NCBI GenBank assembly: GCA_964484505.1
Contig: CAZAFB010000005.1
Span: 7,427 to 71,426 of the forward strand
DNA: 64,000 nucleotides
From: an uncultured Bdellovibrionales bacterium
GTDB lineage: Bacteria; Patescibacteriota; Minisyncoccia; Moranbacterales; GWC2-37-73
Direction of reading: 5' to 3'
Shown piece by piece: positions 40,145 to 50,890 of the stretch. Position 1 is the stretch's first letter. Every line of letters begins with the position of its first letter. The notes beneath the pieces are model-generated. The model ran no database searches, was not told where the DNA came from, and saw only the letters and a program-made list of their open reading frames with translations. Both the position numbers and the translations under genes were made by a program.

Positions 40145-43100
40145 ATGGACAAACAACAATCATCGGATTCCAGATATTTGGAAAAACTAGAATTCAAGCC
40201 GGAACTACGCAAGACTTGGTTAAATTTTTTTGTTACCAATTTTCGCGTAGTCGTTCTTTTAATTGTGCTACTCAGCGCCTGGGGCATATATTCATTCGTT
40301 AGCCTTCCTCGAGAATCGGATCCTGAAGTGAAAATCCCCTATGCAATGGTAATTACGACCTTCCCGGGCGCTTCACCTTCAGACATTGAAGAATTGGTTA
40401 CCAAAAAGATTGAGACTGTGATTTCCAGCGTGAAAGGCGTGAAGAAAATAACTTCCGATTCTTCCAATTCAATATCCTCGATAACCGTAGAATTCGATAG
40501 CAGCGAAGATCAAGACGAAGCCTTGCGCAATTTACGTGACAAAGTCTCCACTGTAGACGATCTTCCGGATGATGCAAGCGAGCCATCCGTAAATGAAATA
40601 TCCTTGGATGACACTCCTATTTTTACTTTTTCCATTTCCGGACCATATGATGGATTAACATTGCGAGAATATGCCGAAAAAATTCAAGACGAGTTGGAAA
40701 AAATTCCCGGTGTTCGTGAAGTGAATGTTTCTGGTGGAGACCAGAAAGAATTCGAGGTTGCCTATGATCCACAAAAACTTTCTTTGTATGAAATTACCGC
40801 CAATCAAGCAAATTTGGCAATCAGCGCAACGAATGTCGCCATAGCCGGAGGAAACTACGAGGGCGCTTCTTTCAATTATCCTGTGCGGACAGACGCGCGT
40901 TTCTTCGATGAAAAATCATTAGGTGAAGCTCCGATAAAACATAACGGTAGCGCCATTGTACAGTTAAAGGACATAGCCTCAGTCAAAGAAAAAGCGATCC
41001 AGCGCAATGTATATTCCCGTCTCTCCGTGGAAGGAGACGCGCCTCAAGAAGCGGTGACGATTAGCGTCATCAAAAAAACGGGAGGCTCAATCATCAAAAC
41101 CACTGATGAATGCAAAAAAAGAATCGAGACGATGATGAAAACTTTTCCCGAAGGAGTTTCCTATGACACCACCTCGGACACTTCCAAGTTCATTCGTCGC
41201 GATTTCGACCAACTGACACATGATTTCATCCTTACCCTTATATTGGTGATGACTATATTGTTTCTGATCGTTGGATTTAAAGAAGCTATAGTTGCCGGAC
41301 TGGCCATCCCCTTGGTGTTTTTTGCAACATTCGGCATAATGTTGCTCACAGGCATAACGCTTAATTTCCTTTCATTGTTCTCCTTGCTTCTTTCCTTGGG
41401 GCTCTTGGTTGATGATGCCATTGTGGTAGTCAGCGCGACAAAACAATATATGCGTACGGGTAAATTCACGCCTGAAGAAGCTGTACTGCTTGTGCTTAAT
41501 GATTTCAAAGTGGTGCTTACTTCCACCACACTGGCTACGACTTGGGCGTTTTTACCGCTTCTTTTCTCAACAGGTATCATGGGTTCGTATATTAAATCTA
41601 TTCCCATAACTGTTTCCGTGACACTTATTTCATCATTGATCATTGCTTTGATTGTAAATCATCCCCTCGCCGCAATCCTGGAGCGCATCCGCCTTACTCG
41701 AAACATTTTCCGCATAGACATCGCATTACTTTTGATTTTGGCAATCGTCGGTTTCTTAAGCAAGTCCACTTTCGGCAGCGCACTCTTCGCAATTTCCCTG
41801 ACAATGATCGTGTGGCTTGTTTGGTGGTATCGCAAAAAGGGCAAAAGGCAGCTAATCGCTAATGAGGCTTTGGCAAAAGAAGAATGGAAAAATGACGAGC
41901 TGATCAAGAAAAAACTGGCCTCCCAGGGAAGCACCGAGGATACTTCTTTTTCCAGCAAGCTTATTCACGGCATCATCCACTTCGATAAAGTAATACCCGT
42001 CTACGAGAAATATCTCAAGCTGGTTATTTCCACCAAAAAATCACGCTGGATTACTTTACTTGCTACACTTGTTTTATTTATCGGTGCCATAATCCTGCCT
42101 ATAACAGGCGTTGTTCCTTCGGAATTTTTTCCTGCTTCAGACCAAGATAATATCTATGTAAATATCGAAGCTCCATCTGGATTGAATCTCGACAAGACAG
42201 ATTACATCACCAGAAAAGTCGAGGAAAAACTTCTGGCTTTTCCTCAGGTAGCCAATTTTTCCACAGTAATAGGAAAAAGCGGTTCTTCAGGTCATCGTAT
42301 CAGCGGCTCCATGAGCGGCTCGACCCATTTGGCTTCCATAACGATAACCTTGGTTGAGAAAGAACTTCGCGAGGAAACTTCCTATGAGCTTGAAAAAGAT
42401 ATCAGAAATGCTATTTCAGGCGTTGAAGGAGCAAAAATAACCGTGGAATCACAACGTGGCGGACCGCCATCAGGCAGCGCCTTCGAAGCGCAAATTCGCG
42501 GAGATGATTTGCAAGCTTTAGACACTATAGTACAAGATTTGCAAATAAAACTATCCGAAATTAAAGGTGTTGTAAATATAGACTCTTCTCTCAAAGAAGC
42601 GCCGGCTCAATACACTTTTGCACTCAACCCCGTGAAAATGGAGCTATATGGCCTCAATGCTTCTTACGTAGGTTCATCTATCCGCATGGCAATTTCCGGA
42701 GTAGACGTCTCCACAATCATCAAAAACAACAAGGAATTCGATGTTATTGCGCGTTTCGACAAAAGCAAGCTTCCAGATCTTGAATCAGTCCAGAATATCC
42801 AACTCACAAACTTGCAAGGAAATCCCGTGTATATCAAAGATGTTGCAACAGTAAAGTTGGAGCCATCTATTGAAACTATAAGCAGAATAGATCAAAAACG
42901 CGTAGCAATTCTGAGTGCGGGAGTTGAAGGAACAACCAGACCCAATGACGTACTAGCCCAATTCCAAAAGAAAGTCTCGGAAGAATACTCTCTGCCCGAG
43001 GGATATGAAATAACCTATGGCGGCGAAAATGAACAAAATCAAGAATCAGTCATGTCGATTATCCGCGCAATGGCGATTGCCGCAGTTTTGATAATTTCAA

Positions 43101-43534
43101 CACTGATCATCCAATTCAATTCCTTCAGAAAATCTATGATCGTTTTGGTTACTTTGCCTCTGGCCTTGATCGGTGTCTTTATCGGCATGGCAGCATTCGG
43201 AGTATCTTTGAGTTTCCCTGGTCTTATCGGGGTGCTGGCGCTGTTTGGTATTGTGGTAAAAAACGCAATCATTCTGATTGATAAAATAAACCTAAATCTT
43301 AAAAGCGACATCGCTTTTGATGATTCAATCATCGATGCCGGTAAATCGCGTCTAGAAGCTATATTTATCACTTCCATATGCACAATTGCCGGCATTATCC
43401 CAATAACTCTTTCCAATGAGATGTGGACCGCCTTGGGCAGCGCCGTGATTTTCGGCCTCACAATTTCATCATTCTTCACACTCTTTATTATTCCGATACT
43501 GTTCAAGACATTCATTAAATCGGAAGATCATTAA
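40145..43534 (+). CDS. RND efflux permease (AcrB family)
   Basis: LPRESDPEV, FPGASPSDIEELVTKKIE, GLLVDDAIVV, GIVVKNAIILID; start MDKQ at 40145. Confidence 0.93.
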   Translation: MDKQQSSDSRYLEKLEFKPELRKTWLNFFVTNFRVVVLLIVLLSAWGIYSFVSLPRESDPEVKIPYAMVITTFPGASPSDIEELVTKKIETVISSVKGVKKITSDSSNSISSITVEFDSSEDQDEALRNLRDKVSTVDDLPDDASEPSVNEISLDDTPIFTFSISGPYDGLTLREYAEKIQDELEKIPGVREVNVSGGDQKEFEVAYDPQKLSLYEITANQANLAISATNVAIAGGNYEGASFNYPVRTDARFFDEKSLGEAPIKHNGSAIVQLKDIASVKEKAIQRNVYSRLSVEGDAPQEAVTISVIKKTGGSIIKTTDECKKRIETMMKTFPEGVSYDTTSDTSKFIRRDFDQLTHDFILTLILVMTILFLIVGFKEAIVAGLAIPLVFFATFGIMLLTGITLNFLSLFSLLLSLGLLVDDAIVVVSATKQYMRTGKFTPEEAVLLVLNDFKVVLTSTTLATTWAFLPLLFSTGIMGSYIKSIPITVSVTLISSLIIALIVNHPLAAILERIRLTRNIFRIDIALLLILAIVGFLSKSTFGSALFAISLTMIVWLVWWYRKKGKRQLIANEALAKEEWKNDELIKKKLASQGSTEDTSFSSKLIHGIIHFDKVIPVYEKYLKLVISTKKSRWITLLATLVLFIGAIILPITGVVPSEFFPASDQDNIYVNIEAPSGLNLDKTDYITRKVEEKLLAFPQVANFSTVIGKSGSSGHRISGSMSGSTHLASITITLVEKELREETSYELEKDIRNAISGVEGAKITVESQRGGPPSGSAFEAQIRGDDLQALDTIVQDLQIKLSEIKGVVNIDSSLKEAPAQYTFALNPVKMELYGLNASYVGSSIRMAISGVDVSTIIKNNKEFDVIARFDKSKLPDLESVQNIQLTNLQGNPVYIKDVATVKLEPSIETISRIDQKRVAILSAGVEGTTRPNDVLAQFQKKVSEEYSLPEGYEITYGGENEQNQESVMSIIRAMAIAAVLIISTLIIQFNSFRKSMIVLVTLPLALIGVFIGMAAFGVSLSFPGLIGVLALFGIVVKNAIILIDKINLNLKSDIAFDDSIIDAGKSRLEAIFITSICTIAGIIPITLSNEMWTALGSAVIFGLTISSFFTLFIIPILFKTFIKSEDH

Positions 43535-43562
43535 ACTAAAACGATTTGTTTGTTTCATATTT

Positions 43563-43594
43563 AAAAGGCGCCAATTTTGTTTTGGCGCCTTTTT
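43563..43594. terminator. Bidirectional terminator
   Basis: aaaaggcgccaa...ttggcgcctttt between convergent genes. Confidence 0.75.
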
Positions 43595-43612
43595 GTTAGT
43601 TCATGCCTTAAG

Positions 43613-44647
43613 TCATAAAACGCTCAGATCTTCAGCAACAAATTGTCCTTTTGCCTTATCGAACTTTGCAGTTATTCTGACTTGCTTTTCATTATATCCG
43701 ACATTCAGTCGATCCATGGGTGGCGGAATCTTTCCCGCATCAACAAATATACCTATCTGGCTCCCCACTCGCAAATTCTTTGTCATATCGCTTTGCAATA
43801 ATAACTGCTGGGATAATTTCTCCAAGGAATCAACCTTGCCAGTTATAAGATATTCATTTTCGCTATCGCGATAAAAATCTACCGGTGAAATCAACGCAAC
43901 GAAGGACAAATCCGCATCATCAGGCAACTCACCATATATACGTGACTCTATGGAAGATATGGCTCGCTGGTAAGCTTCAGCCGCTGCAGAATTCTTTGCT
44001 GTGATATCTTTGGCTACGAAATCAGCTTTTTCAGCTATGGCGTTGGCAAGTTTTTGGGTATTTTCATCTTGTTGAATAAAACTGAAAGCGGTTATGCTTT
44101 CTTCAAGCACGCTTCCCTGCCACATCGATCTGGTACCCTGAAAAATCAGAGCTACTGCGGTAGAATAGGAGTCTATAATTATTTCCTTGTCTTTATTTCC
44201 TGCAAGCGCATAAATCATTATTGGTTTTTCTGTTTCTTTTCCTTGAAAAACATTCAGGAAACTAGTTTTTTTCAAAGCAAAAACACAAAATTTTCCCTCG
44301 GCAGAAACCGGATATATTTCATTATCGGAAATTATGGAAAGAGGCACGGCCAAATCAAGCCATTGCGGTCTCACTACTGAGCCGCTTATTTGAACATATC
44401 CTTGCCTTGAACCGTCTTTGCAAGATTTTTCAGCCACGCGAAATTCATCAATTTTGGTTTTTTCTTGTCCTAAAACTTCCTGCTGTTCGTTCCTTCGGAT
44501 ATCAACAGGTTTTTCATCACGAAAAATGTAATATGAAATTACTGCTATGGAAACCAGCAAGACCGCAGCAAACAAAAATGCCATGGGTTTTTTCACAGCC
44601 CTTATTGCATATAAATTCTTGATAATAAAGTTTTTTGCTTTATTCAT
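43613..44647 (-). CDS. Membrane-anchored hypothetical protein
   Basis: Long ORF with N-terminal TM; start uncertain (MNKAK). Confidence 0.65.
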   Translation of the reverse strand: MNKAKNFIIKNLYAIRAVKKPMAFLFAAVLLVSIAVISYYIFRDEKPVDIRRNEQQEVLGQEKTKIDEFRVAEKSCKDGSRQGYVQISGSVVRPQWLDLAVPLSIISDNEIYPVSAEGKFCVFALKKTSFLNVFQGKETEKPIMIYALAGNKDKEIIIDSYSTAVALIFQGTRSMWQGSVLEESITAFSFIQQDENTQKLANAIAEKADFVAKDITAKNSAAAEAYQRAISSIESRIYGELPDDADLSFVALISPVDFYRDSENEYLITGKVDSLEKLSQQLLLQSDMTKNLRVGSQIGIFVDAGKIPPPMDRLNVGYNEKQVRITAKFDKAKGQFVAEDLSVL

Positions 44648-44678
44648 GTGCTTATTATAGCACATCTTCAGCAATTCA

Positions 44679-45383
44679 TCAGCGGCAGATAAAATCGCAC
44701 GGGTTCAGCCATTCAACCAATTTGTTCTCTTGCGATACATACCCTCGCATATCCATAACCTCCCCCTTGTGTATTCCCAGATGCAAATGTTTGCGCTCAC
44801 CATCAGTTTCAGGGGAATATCCCGTGCCAAGATATGCCATAAAATCACCTGCCTTCAATCGATCACCCACCTTTGTATTCATGCTGGAAAGCCGCAGATG
44901 ACCATACACTACCGTAACTGCATTATTGTCCAAAATACATTCCTCAACGACAACGCCGCCATATCCGCTGACAAAACGCTTCTCCAATAATTCTCCTTCG
45001 CATATCGCCTTTATGGGCACATCAATATTTTGTTCTTCGAGAGTAATTTCAAAATCCGTACCGACATGATATCCTTGAAATCTCTCGGGTTGCACTGGCG
45101 AAGTTTTGGGCGTGATATAAATACCGAACGGTTTTTTTGTCACCCTGCTTGCTGCTCCACTGATGGGCTCCAAAATTTCAACTGATTCTTGTTTGGGACC
45201 GTTTTCAATTCCAATATTACTTAAATCTCCTTGGGATTTTGATTTTAATTTATCCGCTTGCTGCAAACTATCGCTTGAAAACTGTTCGTTATATTTTAAA
45301 AATTCGGCTTTTTCAAGCAACAAAACAAGCACTAACGCAATAGCTGCCACAATCAATATATTCAAGAACAATTTCTTTTTCAT
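44679..45383 (-). CDS. M23 family metallopeptidase
   Basis: HVGTD, YGH, HLH motifs; N-terminal TM. Confidence 0.88.
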   Translation of the reverse strand: MKKKLFLNILIVAAIALVLVLLLEKAEFLKYNEQFSSDSLQQADKLKSKSQGDLSNIGIENGPKQESVEILEPISGAASRVTKKPFGIYITPKTSPVQPERFQGYHVGTDFEITLEEQNIDVPIKAICEGELLEKRFVSGYGGVVVEECILDNNAVTVVYGHLRLSSMNTKVGDRLKAGDFMAYLGTGYSPETDGERKHLHLGIHKGEVMDMRGYVSQENKLVEWLNPCDFICR

Positions 45384-45442
45384 AAATTTAACAAAAAAAA
45401 TCCTAGACTTTCGACGCCTAGGATCTTATACAAATTTCAATA

Positions 45443-46699
45443 TTATTTCTTTGCAGCTTCAACCCCCGCAACAAATCCTGTTGCCCAACACATTTGAAGA
45501 TTATAACCGCCGGTCGGACCATCGACATCGATGATTTCTCCGGCAAAGAAAAGGTTTTTGATAATTTTTGAGCGCATGGTTTTGGAATCTATCTCTTTCG
45601 TAGACACGCCGCCACCAGTAACCATCGCCCGTTCAAAACCGAAAAGTTTTTCCACGGTAAGCTCCAAGCTCTTAAATAAATTTACCAGAGCGTGTCTTTC
45701 TTGCTTGCTTATCTTGGCAGCATGTTTTTCCAGATCAAGTCCGCTATGTTTCAACAAAAATTCCAAAAGTTTCGGCGAAAGCAAATCAGCAAGACAATTA
45801 GCTAGCTTTTTGGAAGCATTTTTTTCAAAATCCTTGCGCAAAATTTCATCCAATTGTTCAAATGCAAGATAAGGCTTAAAGTCTATCTTTATTTTTACCT
45901 CTCCGCTTTCCAATATAGGTCTTATGCTGCGGCTTAAATTAAGCACCAACGGACCGCTCACACCTAAATGAGTGAAAAGCATGTCACCTTCGGCAGCAGT
46001 TTGTTTTTTGCCACTCTGCCAAACGCTCATGGCGCAGCTATGCACACTTGTTCCTGCAAGTTCCTCCACCCATTTTTCTCTTGTCTCAATTGGCACCAGA
46101 AGAGGCTGCGGCTCAATGATGCTGTGGCCAAATTTTTTTGCCCATTCATATCCCTGCCCCGCGCTTCCCGTACTTGGATATGATTTACCACCAAAGGCGA
46201 ATATATAATTATGTGCAGCTATTTCCCTTTTTTTGTTGAGAATAATTTTTTTGATTTCTCCACTTTCAAATTCTATTTCTTCCACTGTTGATTTTAGCAA
46301 AAAAGTAACATTATTTTCCTTGAGCATATTTTCCAGAACACCAAGCACGTCTTTGCCTTGATCACTCACCGGAAAAACGCGATTGTCTTTTTCGACTTTT
46401 GTTCTGATGCCGGCCTTTTCCAAAAAAGCGATCACTTTTTCAGGACCGAAGGCGGCAAGGGAGGAATATAAAAAGCGTCCATTTTTGCCATATTTTTTGA
46501 CCAATTCGTTCAAATCTTTCTCATTTTGGGTGAAATTACAGCGACCGTTTCCTGCCATCAGTAACTTGATTCCCAAGCGATCGTTTTTTTCAATCAGCGC
46601 AACGCGCGCGCCTTTTTTGGCAGCGCAAATAGCGGCCATCATCCCCGATGGGCCGCCGCCAATCACTGCCACGTCAAATTGAATGTCTTTATCATACAT
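45443..46699 (-). CDS. HI0933/BaiN family flavoprotein
   Basis: GGGPSGMMAA, GNGRCNFT, RVFP, GGKSYP.TGS, LFTHLGVSGP, GPTGGYNLQ. Confidence 0.93.
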   Translation of the reverse strand: MYDKDIQFDVAVIGGGPSGMMAAICAAKKGARVALIEKNDRLGIKLLMAGNGRCNFTQNEKDLNELVKKYGKNGRFLYSSLAAFGPEKVIAFLEKAGIRTKVEKDNRVFPVSDQGKDVLGVLENMLKENNVTFLLKSTVEEIEFESGEIKKIILNKKREIAAHNYIFAFGGKSYPSTGSAGQGYEWAKKFGHSIIEPQPLLVPIETREKWVEELAGTSVHSCAMSVWQSGKKQTAAEGDMLFTHLGVSGPLVLNLSRSIRPILESGEVKIKIDFKPYLAFEQLDEILRKDFEKNASKKLANCLADLLSPKLLEFLLKHSGLDLEKHAAKISKQERHALVNLFKSLELTVEKLFGFERAMVTGGGVSTKEIDSKTMRSKIIKNLFFAGEIIDVDGPTGGYNLQMCWATGFVAGVEAAKK

Positions 46700-46791
46700 A
46701 ACGACTCATTCTAGCATCTATAAAAATAAAAATCAAGCCTACCATCCGAAAATTTAGCCTTCGAAGAAATTCCCTTCTGCCAATAAGCGCT

Positions 46792-46824
46792 ATTCGTACT
46801 TTCGTATTTATTCGTAATTTGTAG
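46792..46824. repeat. 33 bp ATTCGTA-type repeat overlapping the stop codon of the upstream minus-strand gene
   Basis: attcgtactttcgtatttattcgtaatttgtag. Confidence 0.7.
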
Positions 46825-48694
46825 AGATTTTCTCGAACACAAAATACCGCACATCGCGTTCTTTGTCTTCTTTGTCTTCGCGGAAATAACGCGTGATTAT
46901 ATATTTAGAAGTAGTATTATCACCCTCTGTATTTTCCATATCATCATTTTTAGCGACCAGAAGCTCTTGCATAACTTTTTTCATGCGTTCGAAATCGTTT
47001 TGCATGTCGAATTTGAGCACGAAAGATTCTTGTCCGAGCAAGGGCGCAATATCCTCATGCGTCCAACATTGATTCTTCAAATGTTCTTCGTCAATCGGCT
47101 CATCTTTGCCTTCATTGCGATAAGCATATTTTGGATTTTTCTCATTATCCAGACGAATCGTGAAAAGCGGCTCGCCTGATTCATGATAATCACTGATAAA
47201 ACCATCGATTACATGTCCATAATCCTCAACATAGGAACAACCGACTGGTATTCTTACCGAAACCGCCGCAATCAATACATGCTCGCGCGCTTCTTCCAAA
47301 ATCGCCCTTTTCATCAGTTCATTTCCAACGCCAATGCTGCGAGCATCCGCATCAACATTGAATGATCCCCAATAGTATGTGCTTTGATCAAGCTTTTTCA
47401 AACGTAGTTCTGCAACAATTCTTTTCTTATACCGTATAGAATAAAACTTGTGTTGTTTCGGATTTTTCAGACCATCGTCAAGTCCGGCCATCGCCGCATC
47501 TTTCAATGGGTCGCCGGCATAATTTCTTTCAGGGATATCGCGGTGCTCTTTCATGTCTTCCTCATCCGGAAAATTCTCCCCGAAGTCCTTGATTGCAAAA
47601 TCAACGTCTTTGATGTATTCCAAGTCTATTTTTACATCACTTTCTTTAGCAGCTTTCAACGCCGCCGCGAGCAGAATAATATCGGTTTTGGATTTTTCAA
47701 GGTCGGAAAGTAGCGCTTCAACCAATTGCTGCTTCTCTTTTTTATTATATTTCCCGATTACGCTCATCTTAAACGCTTTGGAAAAATTAACAATAATTGC
47801 ACGTACTTTTTCCAATAACTGCCCACGTAAATTCAATTGCTCTCCCTCAATTCCTAGTGCTTTATTAAGTGTTTCATTTTCCTGATCAGCCAAACCAACG
47901 ATTTCGGCAATTTTTTGAAAAACCAACTCGCCCTTTTCTTTTTGTAAATCTTCCTGAAAGCGCTCACCTATTTTTAAAATATTTTCACCAATTATTGCAT
48001 CTATTTCCAAGACTAAAAAGGATTTAAGACCATTACCGCCAAATTGATGTGTAAATTTTTTGAGTTTTGTTATATTTTCCACGCTACGCGAGTTGAGAAA
48101 ATCGAAGAAATTTTTACGGATATTTGGCGAGTAACCCTGAATATCAACACCAAAATCTTTTTTTAGCAAGTGTTGCATATAGGCATTATCAGCATCAAAA
48201 AACCAGTTCTCATTTTTCGGCACCAAAATCTCTTCCGCGTCTTCCTCATATTGGTCCGCAATGCCCTGCTGATATGGCGCATCCAATATTTCTTTGATGT
48301 GAAGTTGCACTAAATAATTCCCGAATCTGTTTTTTTCTTTTCTCAATGCATTGAATATTTCAACGCTTACATCATCGTCAAATTCATATTGATCATACTC
48401 GTCGGTTTCCGCATCTTCATATTCATGATGATAATTTTTCAATGGCACAAAAATATCTTTCCTGCCCTCCGCATCTTCATCGAGTTCAACAGTAAGATGG
48501 ATGGGATTTTCCAACATATATCCGGATAATTTGTCCAAAATGACATGAATCTCCTCTTTTGATGGTGTGTAATATAAAACCTGTTCCAACAGATCTTCAG
48601 CATCCTCACTCGTGAGACTTTCTTTTTTGAGCAACTCGTAATATTCAGGATTTTGAGAATTTTCTATTGAATTGTTTGAGATTTCCTTTTTCAT
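46808..48694 (-). CDS. Large acidic protein with C-terminal GNAT-like domain
   Basis: SFNVDADARSIGVGNELM resembles GNAT motif A; start MKKEIS at 48694. Confidence 0.65.
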   Translation of the reverse strand: MKKEISNNSIENSQNPEYYELLKKESLTSEDAEDLLEQVLYYTPSKEEIHVILDKLSGYMLENPIHLTVELDEDAEGRKDIFVPLKNYHHEYEDAETDEYDQYEFDDDVSVEIFNALRKEKNRFGNYLVQLHIKEILDAPYQQGIADQYEEDAEEILVPKNENWFFDADNAYMQHLLKKDFGVDIQGYSPNIRKNFFDFLNSRSVENITKLKKFTHQFGGNGLKSFLVLEIDAIIGENILKIGERFQEDLQKEKGELVFQKIAEIVGLADQENETLNKALGIEGEQLNLRGQLLEKVRAIIVNFSKAFKMSVIGKYNKKEKQQLVEALLSDLEKSKTDIILLAAALKAAKESDVKIDLEYIKDVDFAIKDFGENFPDEEDMKEHRDIPERNYAGDPLKDAAMAGLDDGLKNPKQHKFYSIRYKKRIVAELRLKKLDQSTYYWGSFNVDADARSIGVGNELMKRAILEEAREHVLIAAVSVRIPVGCSYVEDYGHVIDGFISDYHESGEPLFTIRLDNEKNPKYAYRNEGKDEPIDEEHLKNQCWTHEDIAPLLGQESFVLKFDMQNDFERMKKVMQELLVAKNDDMENTEGDNTTSKYIITRYFREDKEDKERDVRYFVFEKISTNYE

Positions 48695-48704
48695 ATATTT
48701 TGAT

Positions 48705-49838
48705 TTACAGCCCCACAAATTCTTCAAAGTTTTCCTTGTTGACCAAGGTGACATCACTGCCAGGATAGGCTTCCAGAAATGCTTTGGGTTTTTTGAATTT
48801 GTCTTTTTTCCATTTAAACTCAAATCCCTCCATTTTTCCACCCTCTTCTTCAATATAATCAATTTCTTGTTTTTGCATCGTGCGCCAAAAATACGTCAAT
48901 TTGTCATGCTCATTGTTGCCATTGAATTTCATGCGCTCACTAAGCATGAAGTTTTCCCAAAGCGCACCCGCATCGGTTCGCAGGTCAAGCGGATTAAAAT
49001 TATTAATCAAGGCGTTGCGCACACCTGTGTCATAGAAATAAATCTTGCGCATTTTCTTGAGCTCGTTGCGCAAGTTTCGCGAAAGCGGCCGCAGGCGAAA
49101 AATAATAAAAGCCTGCTCCAAAATTCTAATGTAATTTTCAACTGTGTTTTTGCTGATTTTCAAAAGATTCGACAATTCATTGTATGAAACTTCATTGCCG
49201 ACTTGCAAAGCCAAAGCTTGCAACAAATTGTCCAGCAAATCAGAATGCTTTATGCCTTGATATTCCAAAACATCCTTATATAGATAACTGTGAGTTATTT
49301 CTTTCAATCTGTTTTTGGCATCCTCCCCGGCATCAATAACTTCGGGATATGCTCCAAATATCATTTGTCTCTCCAAAATTCTGCGCATTTCAAGACGGTC
49401 ATATTTTTGTGACAACTCTTCAAGAGAAAAAGGATGCAAAAAAAATTCATATTTTCTTCCCGTGAGCGGTTCTATAATTTTATTTGACAAATCAAATGAT
49501 GATGATCCCGTCGCAATGATTTGTATTTCAGGATAATTATCAACCAAAAGCTTTAGCGTGAGTCCAATGTTTTCAATTCTTTGCGCTTCATCAATAACTA
49601 CAAAATCTTTTTGACCAAGATATTCTTTGAGTGCCGTCGAAGTTTTGTTTGTGAGTGCCTGACGCACATCCAAATCATCACTACTCAGATACTTTGTGTC
49701 ACGCTCTTTGGCATATTTTTCCAAAATTGTCTTTGCCAAAGTGGTTTTGCCAACCTGGCGTGGGCCATAGATTATGATTATTTTCCCTTTAAAAAGGCGT
49801 TTTTCAATGTTTTTTTGGATTGTTCTTTCAAAAATCAT
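48705..49838 (-). CDS. AAA+ ATPase (AAA_14 + DUF4143)
   Basis: GPRQVGKTT, IDEAQ, TGSS, LTGR, GAYP, KIYFYDTG, EIDYI, FEFK. Confidence 0.92.
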   Translation of the reverse strand: MIFERTIQKNIEKRLFKGKIIIIYGPRQVGKTTLAKTILEKYAKERDTKYLSSDDLDVRQALTNKTSTALKEYLGQKDFVVIDEAQRIENIGLTLKLLVDNYPEIQIIATGSSSFDLSNKIIEPLTGRKYEFFLHPFSLEELSQKYDRLEMRRILERQMIFGAYPEVIDAGEDAKNRLKEITHSYLYKDVLEYQGIKHSDLLDNLLQALALQVGNEVSYNELSNLLKISKNTVENYIRILEQAFIIFRLRPLSRNLRNELKKMRKIYFYDTGVRNALINNFNPLDLRTDAGALWENFMLSERMKFNGNNEHDKLTYFWRTMQKQEIDYIEEEGGKMEGFEFKWKKDKFKKPKAFLEAYPGSDVTLVNKENFEEFVGL

Positions 49839-49854
49839 ATGATTTTGGTCAATC

Positions 49855-49926
49855 AACTGACCTAATTTATATATATTTAGGTGACTTAACTGACCTAAAT
49901 ATATATCATTTTGGTGATTTTGTCAA
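49855..49926 (-). promoter_or_regulatory. Promoter of the ATPase with repeated operator-like motif
   Basis: TTGACA-17-TATATT; aactgacctaa repeated at 49855 and 49888; palindrome acctaa..ttaggt. Confidence 0.5.
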
Positions 49927-49939
49927 GATTTTGGGCAAG

Positions 49940-49969
49940 AAAAAAGCGCCCGTCAACCACGACAGGCGC
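49940..49969 (-). terminator. Terminator ending the small-ORF array
   Basis: gcgcctgtc-gtggtt-gacgggcgc followed by tttttt on the minus strand. Confidence 0.75.
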
Positions 49970-49975
49970 AAAACA

Positions 49976-50242
49976 TTACTTCTCGAGGCGGATGTCAAGC
50001 CCACCGCCTCTGGACACCTTTACGGTGTCCCCCTTGTGGGCTCTTCGGCCCGAAAAATTTAGAGGGTAGTTACCCCACGGTGTTTCCACCGTGGCCAGTA
50101 ACTTGTCCCCCATCTTTCCCCCGGGGGCAGGTTCCGTGAGTAACCTGCCCACCCCCTCTTCTACGGGGGAAAGGAACGGCCACAACAGCAGCGACAGTAT
50201 CACTGCTGCTACCACCGCTACTGCCAAATCCCCTTTTTTCAT
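49976..50242 (-). CDS. Small membrane-anchored orphan protein (88 aa), cassette 3
   Basis: GAGGAGGAAGTATG; MKKGDLAVAVVAAVILSLLLW TM segment; GC-rich. Confidence 0.7.
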   Translation of the reverse strand: MKKGDLAVAVVAAVILSLLLWPFLSPVEEGVGRLLTEPAPGGKMGDKLLATVETPWGNYPLNFSGRRAHKGDTVKVSRGGGLDIRLEK

Positions 50243-50355
50243 ACTTCCTCCTCGCCCCGCTTCTGCGGAGCTTTTTTGATTTTGACTACCCAATAATATT
50301 TTCAAATAAAAACATAAAGGGTAGTCAAAAATGGAAAAATTTATCAAAGAACAAA
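50240..50355 (-). repeat. Cassette leader copy A
   Basis: Near-identical to 50888-51010: GTTCTTTGAT, ttgactaccc/gggtagtcaa hairpin, gctccgc-agaa-gcggggc, GAGGAGG. Confidence 0.9.
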
Positions 50356-50395
50356 AACTTTCTGTCTGAATTTACATCTTGTGATATAAACTCGG

Positions 50396-50430
50396 AAAAA
50401 AGTGGGAGCGAGCGACCAAGCAACGCTCCC
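50396..50430 (-). terminator. Internal terminator after cassette 2
   Basis: gggagcg...cgctccc then acttttttt on the minus strand. Confidence 0.7.
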
Positions 50431-50437
50431 GAAACCA

Positions 50438-50890
50438 TCATGCCTCTGCAGGCACCTCTCTCTGAATGTTCTTTGAGAAAGAGGGGGTGCATGTCGCCCC
50501 TACGTGCTGGGCGGCGACATACACCAACCCACCACTCTCGGGGAAATTCTCCCCGAGAAGGCGGTAAAGCTCCCTTGTCCGTTCGCCGATCAGGCGAGCG
50601 GGGAAAAGGCCTTTGTGTGGGCATGCCGAGAACGCCTCGGCGTAACCCTGCTCCTGCCATTCTTCCGGGGCAGGAGCAAGAAACACATTGTACTTCGCGT
50701 TGCCGATCAGCAACGCGCTGTGCAAAGTGTTCCAGGAGGTGAAGCCGAACTCCACCTCCTCTCTATGGTCAGTGTTCCGACCATAGAGATTCACCGCCAC
50801 TCGGGTTTCCCCAAAAGTGGCGAAAATGTCAGTTGAGTCCTCGATGCTTCTCAGCATCGAGGAAAGAATTTCAAAATTTTTCCTTCTCAT
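50438..50890 (-). CDS. Orphan protein (150 aa), cassette 2
   Basis: Identical SD/leader to cassette 3; GC-rich. Confidence 0.7.
   Translation of the reverse strand: MRRKNFEILSSMLRSIEDSTDIFATFGETRVAVNLYGRNTDHREEVEFGFTSWNTLHSALLIGNAKYNVFLAPAPEEWQEQGYAEAFSACPHKGLFPARLIGERTRELYRLLGENFPESGGLVYVAAQHVGATCTPSFSKNIQREVPAEA

Noticed and set aside
48695-48862. N-terminal extension of the GNAT-like ORF
   Set aside because: Overlaps the ATPase 3' end in another frame; ATG 48694 is preferred
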